The notes beneath the pieces were generated by a model, which was not told the origin of the DNA, did no database searches, and saw only the letters and a program-made list of their open reading frames with translations. Of a stretch of 64,000 nucleotides of DNA, positions 1 to 14,400 are shown one piece after another. Each line of letters opens with the position of its first letter. The first letter of the stretch is position 1. The position numbers and the translations under genes are program-made. The DNA comes from Ylistrum balloti (taxonomy: Eukaryota), in NCBI RefSeq assembly GCF_031769215.1, contig NW_026782102.1, positions 186,001 through 250,000 on the forward strand. Direction: 5' to 3'.

Positions 1-3000
1 GCATGTGTTATGATGTGATACCCGGCAACGAGGCTGTAATGATGCTCGGTAAAAGGTCTGCTTTGTGGTGTGATACCGAGATGTTAGGCTGGGAGCATTA
101 ATCTTTACGTGGTGAAGAGATATATTGAATATTAATTGACATTACTGAATGTTAGTTTTATGAAAGCCCGATGAGATGAATCATAGCGACATACACCGGA
201 ATAACCAAGAATAAATATGTCTACAAAACATTCGATTAAACTCAAAACAGATAAAATATAGAACAAAATATAAACAAAAGAAAGAATAACAAGGACACCC
301 CTGAAAATATTTGGAAGAACAAAATTGGCTACACTAAATCCAACTAAGTCATGTCATGTTCTGCCAACGGAGAACAAGGTTACCAACATCGTAACCAACA
401 GTCACACTAACGAGCATCAAGCACATGCATCTTCACACAACATACATGTATAACAATAAAACGCCTCTCAGTGAGATCATTGTGACGACCGCAAAACCGC
501 CGTGGTGAGTTGAACTATCAGTTGTCGGCATTTTGCACGAAAATCGTTTATAATTTTCAAAATACTCATTCCAGAAGATATTATCTTTGACAATGGTCGA
601 TGTTTTGCAAATAGGAAAGAAGAGGAAAATTTTAGGATTTACAATCTTCCAACATTAAATTTTAATATGGAAATGGTACAAATCAGTAATCGTAATTACG
701 TTTTCTGTTACTGTTTCAAAACCCATTCCCTACTGATAACTACAACACTGTTTAGAGTAAGTACTTATATGTTAGATTTTGTCACGGATGTTAGCGATGA
801 CCAAGGAATATGTTGTTAATAATTGGTTTTCCTGTTAAATGACGGGCGCACATAACAGGAAAATACCAACATATGAACATAAGCATACCCCCATTGTCAC
901 GATTTTCGTGGAAAGAGTCTTTATCCGACAAACTCGTAACACGGGGTTTCAAAAGATGCAGGTTTTGACAAAAGTAATGGGGAAGTTTTACAGTCGTCAA
1001 AGTGATATCATGGAAATGTATTCTGTTTTTTAGTGCTATTATGAAGCTGGACGTATTTGATGCTCATTAGTTTGTCTATTGGTTCCGTAGTTATTGACTT
1101 TGTTAACCTTTGTGAACCTTTGTGAACGTGGCATTAATTACTTGGATTGACCGAGGTTTGTATTGCGGATGTCTATAAGACAAAATACCCTTAAACTTCT
1201 GGAATACATGATCTTATGTTCATATTTTGCCCTAGTTTTATTGAAGTTTAGTTTGGATGATGATTATATTGAAATGATGGTATTTTCTTCTTTTTTTTTC
1301 CCAAACTCATTTTCAATCAAACGAGATCAAACAATGATACGAACAAAGATTGACAAAACACAGGAATACAGCAAGGACCATGTGGTAATAAATGTCTCGA
1401 CTAGCGACTGATTTGTTACATGGCGTAAGAAAAGCTACAACATATCGATAAACAATTAGATAGCAAACATATTGATGATGTGGTGTCGTCACACAACAAG
1501 AATATTCATCGATCGCGTCAATCGATTACACCTGAAGAATTTGAAATCAAGGACACTGCATTTTTTCCTGTGACGTAATGTTATCTGTGACCGAAACATA
1601 CCCGACAGTGACAGCTTATAACTAAGCTGTATCATACGCGTGAAGAGTTTAACTCCCCCGTTGTGAATTCTTAATTTCTAGATAAAATCAACCCTGAATC
1701 CCAATGCTGCAGCGCCTGAAGGTTGCATGTCGTATTGTATTCAATGTTTAATCCTAATAACAGAATTTTCGTATTAGATGTCAGCAGATTACGGTATGAA
1801 ATTTGCAACGGATGGTTTTGAAGTAGCAGAGTATAGAACATATTTGGAATAATACTCATTATCTCAATAGATTTCATTTCATTTTTATTTTATTTATGTG
1901 AAGATCGTTGCGTTTCCGTGAAAAACATGATGGTCTATAGTTACCCCACTTTATATATTGAGAACGTGACATTAATAGTGTGAATGCAGCAAGAGTCGCC
2001 TTTCAGAACATCAGATCTTCAATGTTTTTCAGGGCTCTATGTTTCCCCGTTAATCATAATTTGTCCTCATTTTTGTGTTCACGTCGGCACAATCTTATTA
2101 TATTATCTGTATACTGCCTTGCTCACTTCATGTAAAAATCTGTTTAGATATTTCGACGCTGCCATGTTCGTGTATAGTGTTATTTTCAACTGTATATTAC
2201 GTGAACATTTGTACACAACCGCTCCCCTGTGCTCTATTAATTACCTTTAAACTGTTTAATGTTGATATCAAGGACTGTTGTGATAGCTGCAAATTGAGTT
2301 GTGATTGGATGAAAGTTCCTATTGTTTTTTAGGGTGAAACATTATGACGTTTAAGATTTTGTATCATGAATGCAATAGAATGTTGCTTTTACGAATTTTC
2401 TCTATGTAATATACAGAACCTTCCGTTCTTCCTTTCCTTTTCACATGAGGCTTGATAAAATAAACGCTGTTTAGATTGACTTCATAAATCTCTTACAAAT
2501 GGAAACTGACCTTTTATTTCTATAGTGTTGTTATAATAGGAAGAATGGATGGCAATGTCATAACTGTATGAGACGATCCAAACCGTTCGACGATAAATGA
2601 CGACTGTTATTGTAAACTGTAAGTGTTATTTGTGCTCTTTAATGGATAAGTATCTTGATACTCATTTGCACAAAAAAAAGTTACGCCAAAATAAAATATT
2701 TGATTGTTTCTCTTTTTTTTAAAGATTTCGTATTGTCAATTCAGTATGTTGTGAGATGTTATGAAAGTCCCTTGATAAAATAAGATACTGAAAACTAAGA
2801 CTGTCCCGGAGAATGTATTGACTACAGTCTATATCCAAGGGAATATATAACCATGGGGAATAATGATGAGTTTGATACAAATAATTACAATGTATAGAAT
2901 AGAATTACGAAATTATCCACTGAAAAGCTTGATAAAAACTACAAAACATGACTGGTTAACACATTATTCGTAAAGGCGTACCTCCCGAGACCCTATTTTG

Positions 3001-4079
3001 CAGGTCTACCCTTCAATGGTCCGTGAAGAAACTGAAATATTCCTTGAAGGTGTGCTAATATCGAGTTATTCTTCAAAACAAATGTCATAAGTAAAGAATC
3101 TTTATCCTCAGGTAGGAGACCTTTCCTAATAAAAAAAGGCAACCGTCACGCCATGTTAAACAAGAGTAGTCGAATCGACTACAGCAAATTGTTACTATAT
3201 TGTGCACATTTTCTATGCTCGGTTCACCATCTCGTCACACAATTTACAAGCTTACTGTACATAGGATTACAACACGTGGCCGATTTCTTACCATACATTA
3301 CAGACATCAGTGTTAGTACTCTTCACACTCTTCATTTGTCTGTAGAAGGTGACTGCGTAATCACACATTCAAATCTTCCACTGTTTGTGAGAACTTTTAT
3401 TCTATTAACGCCTACTGCAGATAATCAGTCTAATGCTATTGTTAGTAAAACAATAGTCGGAGTAAAGAGCACATGTCTATCTGTTGACAACAGGGAACTA
3501 GTCATCAAGTATTTATAAAAAAGTAACATCAGTTCAGAAAATAATTGGTACTTGTCTTATTTAAACTACATTGTCTTATCAACTTAGTGCACCTTCTCCT
3601 CTATATCCTGACCTATGTTTCGGCAAATTGTCTCTTACCCGTCTTCTGAATTTCTACATTTCTGCCACGTTTTAATTCATTCTAATAGTCACACGGTCCA
3701 GAATATTTACGTGTGTCTGGCGTTGGTTTAAAATGATAAGATATATGAAAATTATGTTAATTAAAAAATGGGTCTGGTGCACTTCCCCATCTAAATTTTG
3801 ACTTTTCTATCTATCATTTTGGAGTTCGCTTCCCAGGCTTCAAAATTTAGGCCCTTAGCATCATTAATGAGTCCTAGAAAAAATAGCTGTATGCTACAGT
3901 TCAATTCATTGTTAAGCTCTACTGTATTTAGGTCTAAAACATTACAGGTGCTAGTCACCTTTGTTTAATCTTTAAGCCGCTCGCATCGCTGGTCAGTCCT
4001 GTCTATCTAAATTCGAACGACAAAGGGGTATCTTTTTTGTATTTTGAACTTTTCAGCTGTTATCCATACAAAAATTAGA

Positions 4080-4400
4080 TAAAACAGGATCAACGAAGAA
4101 ATGAAGAGTATGAGAAATAAAAGAAGAATAAGACCAGGTGTTCCGGAAGGATAAACGTCGCCTGCCTCATCAATTAATAACAACTAGGCCACCATGTATA
4201 CCAACGAGGAACGCGTAAATCTTACATCACATCGCCGAAGTAAATAACATACTCTCAATGAGATAATGAATACTATTAGTAAACTCTCCAATGATCTTCC
4301 TCTCCAGAAACCCTTTGTTATAAGTGTATCCGACACATGCCAGAATCTTTAATTACTTGTTAATACAGCGTCCTTGTTAACATCTCGATTTTGTTGGGTA
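4080..4400 (-). mobile_element. Same family; includes a decayed RT C-terminal-like segment
   Basis: aagaataagaccaggtgttccggaagg core at 4124-4172; the adjacent minus frame gives LITKGF...SLES. Confidence 0.6.
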
Positions 4401-6529
4401 TGACCTTAATAATAAAACATGGAGACGAGATGTAATGTCCTTTATTATCATTTATTTGCACGAGCCTGTACAAACATATTTTGTCGGACCGTTTGTTTGC
4501 TCAGCACAGCCTCCCTTCAATCAAGAAACACTGTTAGGTTTTTATGTAAGGTATTGTTAAATGATGTATTGTCATCAGGAAATTGTGGATGTATTGTAAA
4601 TAGCTGTTGTATAGAACTAATTCTCTACTATTACCGATTGTAATTAGCGTTCATGCATTCGGCTTCCGACATGACATCAGGGTTTCTATTTCAATTTGAC
4701 TGTTACCACGGACAGCCATTTAAGACCTCGGCATGCAAAGACCCTTTATTGTTATTATTGAAACCTTTTTGATAGGCATCACATTTTAGTAAGAATACAC
4801 AATGGAGGGAAATACCTCAAAATGAAGGTAATTGGTGACTTAATGTTCTGGTTAACTTGGTGTTGTTGTCGTTGAGTATGATATCGGGTTGTGTGAATAT
4901 GTTATATCTATATATATGTTTAAGATAGTCTAATAAACACAATTATTCCCCTTCAGTTCAGAATATGGCAGTAATCTGAAGCTAATCCTCCGTGATAACT
5001 TTTGGTTACCGTAAACTGAAGCCGATAACCATTTGAGATGTGTCGCTGTTATTATTACAATGCAATATATTAAAATGCTTAAATTACCAAAATCAATAGC
5101 ATGTGATATTCATTTTGCAAACAAATCCAGAATGAAATTGAGTTTCCTGTTGTGCATTGTTTGTTTTAACGTAACAAAGGAAATTGTAAATTTTCAAAGT
5201 AATTACTATAAAAGCTATGTTGTATCGTAACTTAATCCGACTCCGTGTTTCTCGGTTTTCAGACATGTAATGTGGAATCCATCAGTAATGTTATTAGGTT
5301 CAAAGTCTGTTTAATGATATCTCGAGAAGGTTGTTATGAGACCTGTTTGTTTGAGTTATGTTAGTAATCAGTTGATGGTAGTCGGAGGTACAGTTAAGTT
5401 ACACTCGTCTCGTCATACAAACAGCACAAGAACACGATATTGTAAATACTTGTGATAAACTTGATATGAGAATGAATCTATTTGCTTTAGGTGACTTCCG
5501 GTTTGTAACAAAGAATTACTGTTACATACATTTAGTTAGACAAAGGAGTATTTCTTATCTCGTATTCATTACTTTTTCATCAAAGTATAGACTCGGTCCA
5601 AATGGCACTTCACTTCTGTTATGTTCCTTTTTTGTTTTCCATTTACATAAATCATTGGGTGTCTTCGGGCTTATTTTACTGCATTTTCTTATTGAAATGT
5701 CATGGAAAAGATCGGTTGTCGGCTGTTTAGGCTCAATGTAAGATAAACCCTATTGATTCCAAACTACTTTTAAATCTAGTAAGGCAATTATTAAAAATCC
5801 GTCTCTAATTGTTTCATAAAATAGACATGTTTCTCTACATAAACACAAAGTATCATTGAGACCCCCTAAAATCCTATTTTTAATAGATTAGCTATTCAAC
5901 AACATTCGAAGCTGCAGAAAAGGTTTAAAGGCACCGTTTCAATTTAACAGCGGTTTCAGGCCATTTTAGACTGGAATTTCTTTCCTTTGAACTTTACACT
6001 GCTGATGGATTCCATGTGGACAGAAAGGCCTTGAGATACATTTTTCCACATATGGTCTTGCCATTTGGAAACTAGATCTTTCTTTACTTCGTAGTTCTGA
6101 CGATTATTTAATTGGTGCCTTGTTATTTGCTGTTAGAGCTGTCTGAGGATGTGTGAACCAATTTAGATTCACTTTATTTCAACTTATAGCAAAATGTCAG
6201 ATTCAAACTAGTTTTGTTAGCGGTCTTGGAATATGTTTACATCCTAGAAACACTCTCGTACATAAATGAGTATAAAATGCATAATGTGTAATCAATATGA
6301 CGATATACAGTTACAACAAATACTAACACATAATACAAGATAGTTTATTTATTATAAAATCCATATTTTTACATATCTACTTTTTACCAATTTTGACGTG
6401 TCATATTGGTTTAAAGAGTTGATCTCGGAAAACATACTCGTAATATGAAATTGGAAAAACGTTAAAAAGAATTCCTTCATTAGTATGTCTGATAATGCGG
6501 TAATACCCCCACAAAGACTGATGACCAAG

Positions 6530-6720
6530 GTTTACAAGGCGGATGTCGTCGATGAAGCAGAAAACGTTTACTCTTCCAGAGTACTCCTTGTACTTTTCCA
6601 AGAGACTCCATGTACGTTTTTCGTTTCTTCATATTATGCCGTAGTTTAATAGAATTTAAGTTTGGATAACGATTATGTTGATATTTTCTTTTTTTATTTG
6701 TTTTTATTTTAAGCTTCGTT
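6530..6720 (+). mobile_element. Same family, opposite orientation
   Basis: cggatgtcgtcgatgaagcagaaaacgtttactcttccagagtactccttgtacttttcc ... agaatttaagtttggat. Confidence 0.62.
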
Positions 6721-7849
6721 TTCTTTCGGAAAAATCACAATCTGATCAGATACACCATTATTCTTCTCGATTTGATGTAATCGGTACGAAATACTCTTTG
6801 AGTTCAACCTATCACAACCTTTTTTGCATTATTATGTTATCTTGAACGCAACGATGTATAACATGTACATACGCACATGGCATCAACCAAGTGAGTCATT
6901 AATACGCGAGGGAGATATCAAATCAGCGAACCATAAAACAAATGAACCATGCCATCATCAATAATCGATGCACGCCGATAAGACGTACAGGAATATATCA
7001 TATCAACTGTTTTGTTTATGATATAGATACTAGTAATCAGTCCACCCACTCATGTTTGACTATACCGCTACATGTAGCGATGGACCTGGCTCTAGAAGGC
7101 GGACAATTGTTACCGAGCGTTTACTGAGAATTCTGAGCAACCTTTAGTGGACCATTAGGTCCTGCAGGCAGAAACAACATACGGTTACGTAAGGTAAATC
7201 AACACAGCACACAATACAGGAATAAACTGCAGGTAGTCCACGGCAGTATTGTGTTGATATCAATATTGATAGATTTATCAGCGTTGTCAGTAACACACTA
7301 AATCATACGTTGTGTCATTCGAATAACTAAAATATATACAGTGTCACCTGAAATACCAAACCTAAAAGATCGACCTATTATTTTAAAACCTAAAATATAC
7401 GCGGTATCATTTTAATGACTAAAATTTGAAGATATACTTTGTCATTTGAAAGCCTAAATGGTTCATTGTATTACTTAGAAAACATAATAGTACATTTAAA
7501 CGAATAAACTGTGATGTTAAATCAATATTTAATTGAACGTGAATTAGAAAGCGTTTGAAAAGCTGATTGATCCAGTGTCAAAATGACAATTTGACAACAT
7601 GATATATATCAGTATGTGTTTCTAGATTTAAGCATTCATTGTGACATCCACTTACCTGTAATTATAAAACTCTTAGCTATTCTTTATCTGAGGACTATGA
7701 TGGTACCCAGAATGCTGACATGATAAGTTTAGTCTGTATAACCATGTTATCATCATCAGAGGGACGATTCAGGATATTTAGATCATATATACAAATCTGT
7801 CGCTAAATTTAATGGCGTACAAACTAGAAAATACTAGCATGTTAACATA

Positions 7850-8000
7850 ATTATAATCAAAACTCAAATTCAATCAAACTAGGGCGAAAATGAAAGAAAG
7901 AAAGATTCACATGGAGATTCCTGAAAAGTACAAGAATAAGACCAGGTGTTCCAGATGAGTAAGCATCTTCTGATTCATCCACCACATCGGTCAATGTTGG
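7850..8000 (-). mobile_element. Same family
   Basis: gaaaagtacaagaataagaccaggtgttccagatgagtaagcatcttctgattcatc. Confidence 0.65.
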
Positions 8001-10404
8001 TCAATTTTAAAACTATGTACCTAAATGAGAACAAGATATATTTAACATCAAAACTAACACGTAAACTAACAAGAACCAAACTTGTCCAGCTTCGGACTGG
8101 CGACCGAAAATCCATAATTGTCATGAACCTGCATGTTTTGAAACTCTGTTTTAGGAGTTTTTCCGTCAGTTGACGACTTCTTGTGGATAAAAGCAGCATT
8201 CCTTCCAGGATGATGATAGAGATGTGATGATGTAGTGCATATACCGCCTTGTGGCATCTTCACACTGAGCAGAGATGAGGTTACACGTGTAATACGATAT
8301 TGAGATATTTGTCATTTTTAAAGGCAATCCGACACTCTGCGTTGACACAAACGTGTCTCATATAACAAATACTAGACTTTGTAATACAGTAAAATCAATG
8401 AAGAAAATAATATCCAGAAGGAAAGATGAGTCGGATACAATAAAGAATATGTTATACGTCGATAACAATTGTAATATCTTATAATGAATTATGTAACATG
8501 AACACATTAAACAGCAACGACTGCATGCCAAACATAACGCTCTGAGCGAGAACACCAACCAATTAAACGTAACGTTGTGAAACATTAATGTTAATAGTGC
8601 GTTATCTCGAGAGAGATGCAAGGTCAGGATACCCTTTTTATCATCCCTGTAGATATATCCGCTTCAAGGCTGCTGTACAAAGCGGATATCCGTGAGATGG
8701 TCAGGATAAGAAAGATTTATCAGAGGGACAGGATATGTGGTTCATTGTCAGGGATCGATTAGGTAAAGAAAAAACAGCTGTCTAACAGAAGTAAGTATAA
8801 ATACGTGTAATGCAGCAATGAAGTGGAAATCAAGGCATCATGTTATGTACCAGACCAGTTAATAGACATAGAGGTGTAATGTACCTCGACACTGGGACAT
8901 TAGCTGTACAAGGTTCGACAATACACTATACTTGCTTAGGAACTCTCTGGATGATCAAGTCAACATCGTTATGTATTGACTGGACTGATAGAGATATCAC
9001 GTCAAAAGGATTGTGCTTAAAAGGGGGAATTTTTAATTGAACCTACCAGGTCAGTGGCCACGGTATACTGGTGAAATTACTCGAATTTCAATTAATAATT
9101 TATAAAAATTCTATTCATTGTCTATGGTCTATAGCTTACCTACTGTTAACCTATCTACGATATCTGTAAAGAGAAGCTAGGCTACTGGAGCGAGTGATCC
9201 AGGCTACAATAATGTACCTTTGTTGAGAACAACTCTCCCCAAACAATGCAGATATTAAAACACAATGCTAATATTTTTACGCTGCATCTACATCTGTGAT
9301 TTTGACACTCGTTCCTAAAGCATGCCATCTCTGTAGACTTATACGATCTCCACCTCTCTGGGTTGACATATTTTGGATGTAAACAATGTGCCTCTACCTT
9401 CCCATTTAACATGACAAAATCGATAATACGGCTACATACCTATATAGGAATCACTTATCAAAGCTCGCAAGACGAATGAATCCATTTGTTTTATAAAACG
9501 CAACATTTATGCATTATTCTCAACGTGATTTACAGTCTAATAGTGGTCACGGTTACAAAGTTGTGAAAGGGTAAGCGTCGCCTGCTATATCACGTGCATT
9601 TTGTCTGAACGAATAAAAAGCATTCATTACAGCTAGACGTGTTCGATGCTTGCTAGTTTCCTGTTTGTTGCGTTGTCGTATACTTTGTTTTCAGTTTGAG
9701 AATGTGATTTACTAGGATTGACCAAGGTTATCACTGTGCCGTTACATAACATTTGGTGTACATGCAGTTGTTATAATTAATAGGTCATTATTTACATGTT
9801 ATTTTAGTACTTGGTTAATATAGATATTATCATTTAATAGGATAGTGTTTAGTTTACTAAAGGACCGGAAATAGTAATGATAATGGGTCAAGATGCCATG
9901 TTTTCACGTAATTGTATAGGTCATTAGTGTTTACTTTCGTTTTCGAGTAGAACTCTTTTGTGCTAGAAATAATTTTCAGTGTAGGTGATGTTTGTCAGTA
10001 AAGGAACAGATCATGCGGTGTTAAAGAATACAAAACCGCCCAGTATGGGTCACAACAGTGAAAGTTTAATATGTAAGTGGTAAAATAGAACATTGTTTAC
10101 GCGTTGAAACATCCGGTAGTGTTTTTAGCTTACGTACATTTCGCTATCTCGATTTTATGTGTCAACATTTTCCATGATTATTTTCTCGCCTCTTGCTCAC
10201 CCATTCAGTCATTCTTATAGTCTTTTCGTAATTGTATATTTTCAGTCTTTTACCACACTCACGCACACGTACATGCGTCGTCCCACTTCATACCACGCTT
10301 CATTCTTCGAACTCTATGAGAATTATCAACATCAACATGCATGAACTGACTATAAACAATAAATGCTAGAACAGACTAACTGCATAAATGATTGAAACTT
10401 TTAT

Positions 10405-10460
10405 GGAAAAATAAGACCAGGAGTAAGCGTCTTCTGCTTCTTCGACGGAACCTGTCATGT
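10405..10460 (-). mobile_element. Same family, internally deleted
   Basis: ataagaccaggagtaagcgtcttctgcttcttcgacgg. Confidence 0.55.
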
Positions 10461-12159
10461 ATGCCTTGACTGGTCCAAAACGTAATGTCACGTTCCCATT
10501 TGAGAACAAGTTAACAATGATGTGAGCAAAGGAGAAGCTAGCGAGCACCACAAACATCCGACTTTATATTGCACAAAGAAAGACAACATATTTCCCGATT
10601 AGATCATTCTAAAGACCGTATAATTTTCCTACAATATTTTTCAGCCCGCATCTCTAGAAATCCGGTGTCGACATCTATTACGAAAACGTGATATCGGGAA
10701 TAATTTATTTTTGAAATATTGAATCAATGTTGCTCTCCTGAATGGCAAACTATGTCGGTAGACAAAAGCAGAAGTCGCTTACGTTTCTGGAACAGCTGAC
10801 ATCTGGATGATAGTGAATATAATGAAATAAATCTCAGTACGGAGCAAACGATAGCATATATTTTATTTTATATGTGATCGCAGGGAAATTGGTTTATTGT
10901 CACACTCTGGGAAACGGGGTTTGCCGTTACATCTCGGGTCCACTCTAAATAATGAATTGTTGACTAAACTAAGACTTTAAAAAATTTAGATAAATACATA
11001 TATTTCAAAAATTCAACAATATTTGATAAAAAAATACCATTTAAATGCACAAAAGATATTACAAATATCAAGGCACCAGATCGCCCCAGATAACTTAAGT
11101 CTACATGGCATTTCCGTAAGATGAGATGATAAAAGGACCTTATTTATTCGACGTATAGGAAACTCATTATCACAACATTTTATTTCTAGATCGTGTAAGG
11201 AAATAATTTAATTTGCTTTAAAAATGTAACATTATTGACATTCATATACGTTTCTATATACATATAAATGTGTTAATTAATCCGCCATATTCACAAAAAA
11301 AATACAATCAGCATTTACCTGTGTCATTTCCTACTGGATGCTGATTGGTTGGTGTGAACATATCACCTTTCACATGAATTGTCCATCCTTCTTATTTGAC
11401 ATTGATCTTTGACTTCCAATTAACATATAAAAACGGGTTCGAATTATGATATTGAAAGAGTTAAACAAAATGGGTTACTTCAGGGATGAAGCATTGTATT
11501 GGTATTGAGGTAGTGGTGAAACACAAAGATAAAACATGGTATTGATGTATATCTGTTCCCATTATAATAAAACACGTTAGTTACTCATTATTACTATGTA
11601 TTATTCATTAACGACCCAGTAGGTAGTGGGGCCGCCTCGTCAACATCATGGCTGATAACCGCTAATCTCAAACTCTGGGATGACGTGCTCTGATGAAATT
11701 CTTTCGTGTTCGACCTGTTTCTATCCAGCTGATCTCGCTCAGTGCTGACCTTGTTAGGCGAAACAGTTTGTTTCCAGATTTACCAGGAGTTACACTGACA
11801 CAAAAGAATAACGAGGTCAATGATACCAATCACTTGCTGGATACTCAGAGAGTAAAAAGATATATCATAATCCCATATATATTTGTTTTAGAAAAAGTAA
11901 CCAAGCTTTCTTGTTTTATTTATCATTCTTTAAACGTAAACAAAAGCTCGAAGATCTTTATGCAAGCATTCCTTTAATCATGCCAATATTCAGGTAGGCA
12001 CATTTTCAGTAAGCCCAATGTATACACCTTGCTATTTGTTTCAACAACTAAATATAAGCCATTATTTCCAAAGAAGAAATACTTCTCTCTTTCATCGCTG
12101 GCACGAATAGTTTCTCAATCAACCCTTCATCCAAACTTCTTACTCAGATTTATAATGAT

Positions 12160-12360
12160 AGACCACAACAAGAAAATACCAACATAAATGTGCACTAGTA
12201 TCAACAAACTCATAATCCAAACTCCAATTCAATAAAACGAGGGCAAATTATAAACAAAAAAGACTCATGAAAAAGTACAAGAAGGATAAGACCAGGTCTT
12301 CCGGAAGCGTAGGCGTCTTCTGCTTCATCGATGGCACCCGCCAAGTAAATCTTGTCAGTC
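12160..12360 (-). mobile_element. Dispersed Penelope-like retroelement terminal (pLTR-like) fragment, best-preserved copy
   Basis: Minus-strand core GGGTGCCATCGATGAAGCAGAAGACGCCTACGCTTCCGGAAGACCTGGTCTTATCC, shared with about ten other copies in the window. The Penelope/Naiad assignment rests on recalled similarity to bivalve repeats and is unverified. Confidence 0.65.
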
Positions 12361-14189
12361 TAAGTAAGTATAGTTGTGGGATCGCAAACCTTTACAGGAA
12401 GTGAGATGTGCGCATAATGTCTACACGATTAGCACACGATAGGGAAAATGGACGAAATAAACTATCGCACATCCTCGAGCACAGACATGTGATTTTATCA
12501 TGGTTGATATAAATTTAGAAATAACTTTTAGATAAGGGTAGGATATGGTTTGTTCTTTCTTAATACTGTCAACTAAGTATATTTCCTTATTAGGTCATAT
12601 AGGTTAGACACATGTAGATCTATTCTATCAGATACAAACGGAATAGTTACATCCATTTGTTATTCAAAATGATGTTGTGTTTTTTTTTTTTTTTTTTTGC
12701 AAAGTGCCTACGTAACCAGCTTAGTGTACAGACACTCATTAAACAACTACGTGTACATACATGTGTATTTTAACATTAAATTGGCGTCTCTTTTTGTCTT
12801 GGCAATAAATGGTATAATATCTCATACCGTCAGAAAGTAAGATTTATTTTCATTACTTCTTTGCTTCTCGATCATTCCGTAAACAAAAATGATTATAATC
12901 TGGTAAATCTAAAGTGTTTGTTACACGGCAGTTTTAACTGGAACAGATCCGGACCTGTTACGTAAACAGGCACACCACTCGCCAATCTCTGAGGTGTGGA
13001 ACTATACGACACCAAGACGTTTTAATGCACGATCCAGTGTTATTGCGAAAGCTGTCGAATCAAAAATGTCTTTAATAATCACCAATTAATTTTGAACGCC
13101 TACGATCGCTCTTTAGTCGTAACTTCACGAGTTTTCCGTTTTATTCACAATCTGTAATATTAGTCAACCACTTTTACCAAACAGCACAAAATATGCGATG
13201 TGTACAATGCGTGCACGACGTTTTTGGTGCGTTGTACGTCATCACAACAATAATGTCACGTTCTCAATATAAACATATATGTAACAACGGGACCAACAGG
13301 CAAATTTGACCAACGAGCAGTAAATACGTCCAACTTGATATCGCACCATCTCTTCAAGTTTAATTTTTCAATTGGAGTTAACCAACGAAAGGCGTGGAAT
13401 TGATGGAGTATGGATTTCTTGGTGAATTCTTAAATATCCGATCGTATGAAGTCTCGTTTCTCTTATTAGAGTGCCGTTTCTGATTGAGAACTAAATCTTG
13501 AATTCTTTTGTTCCGACAGCTTTCTTCTCAAAGCGAAATATGGTAAACATAGATTGGTAGTGATGTGAATTATACAATATTTGATAAGGTGTATACCGAG
13601 CACGAAGATAAAAACGGGAAATTAACTCATTTTAGTTTATGACATATTATTTAAGTACACAATCTTTAGTGAGGTATGTTCATGGGAACGTATGGGCCAG
13701 CTTAACAGAAGAGACTGGCTGTAACACAGGTAGTGAATCCTTCAATTTTAATTTTAGATACACAATATCAGCGAGGTATTGCATTTGAGTAACAAGAAAT
13801 TTGCTGAATAGCCACTCTCCACGATCTTTTGTTACAAATGAACTTACTAAGACTCTCCGATCACACTGTATGGTAAACGTGAATTTTACAATACTCCTTT
13901 TATTATCATTATCCTTCTCATCATTTAAAAAATTCTGATTCTTGATTTTGATCCCAGTATCATTATTTGAAGGATTGTTGATGTGACCCCAATGAAACTT
14001 TTTAAACTGTCCGTATGAATAGTCGCAATTCTCCAGCACACATAAGCTTGATGAGTTTAATTTCCTTACCTTCTGTTTAACTTTTCCAGATAGCAACATC
14101 CCTGCATCGCAAACCTTTTGTTCTTACCAGTTGCAGTTGTTCAAGCGTTTGTCCACAATAATACGACTTTCATGAAAAATGGCGTAAAC

Positions 14190-14400
14190 TGACGTCGTCG
14201 ATGAAGTAGAAGATGTTTTCTTTTCCGGAACACCTGGTCTTATTCTCCCTGTACTCTGTCGTGAGTAAAGGATTAAATCTTTCATTTGTTCACATTGTAC
14301 CATAGTTTTATCGGGTTCGAGTTTGGATTATAATTTTGTTGATATGTTATTATTTTCTTCTTGTTGAAAATGTGGTTTTTGTTTTTTGGGGTTTTTTCGC
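14190..14400 (+). mobile_element. Same family
   Basis: gtcgatgaagtagaagatgttttcttttccggaacacctggtcttattctccctgtac ... gagtttggattataattttgttgat. Confidence 0.65.

Noticed and set aside
3153-3518. 121-aa ORF
   Set aside because: No recognisable motif, start context or splice structure.
5930-6075. LYTADGFHVDRK, resembling the SGNH esterase DxxH block of LINE ORF1
   Set aside because: A single short motif in a ~48-codon stop-bounded frame; insufficient evidence.
8205-8272. Possible box C/D snoRNA (ATGATGA ... CTGA)
   Set aside because: No terminal stem, no recognisable rRNA guide and no host intron.
11685-11720. CTGATGA hammerhead-core hits (also 14846 and 29215 on minus)
   Set aside because: No properly placed GAAA with stems I-III.
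13680-14099. 139-aa ORF next to a retroelement terminus
   Set aside because: Could be a decayed element ORF, but no GIY-YIG or RT motif is recognisable. It needs a profile search.
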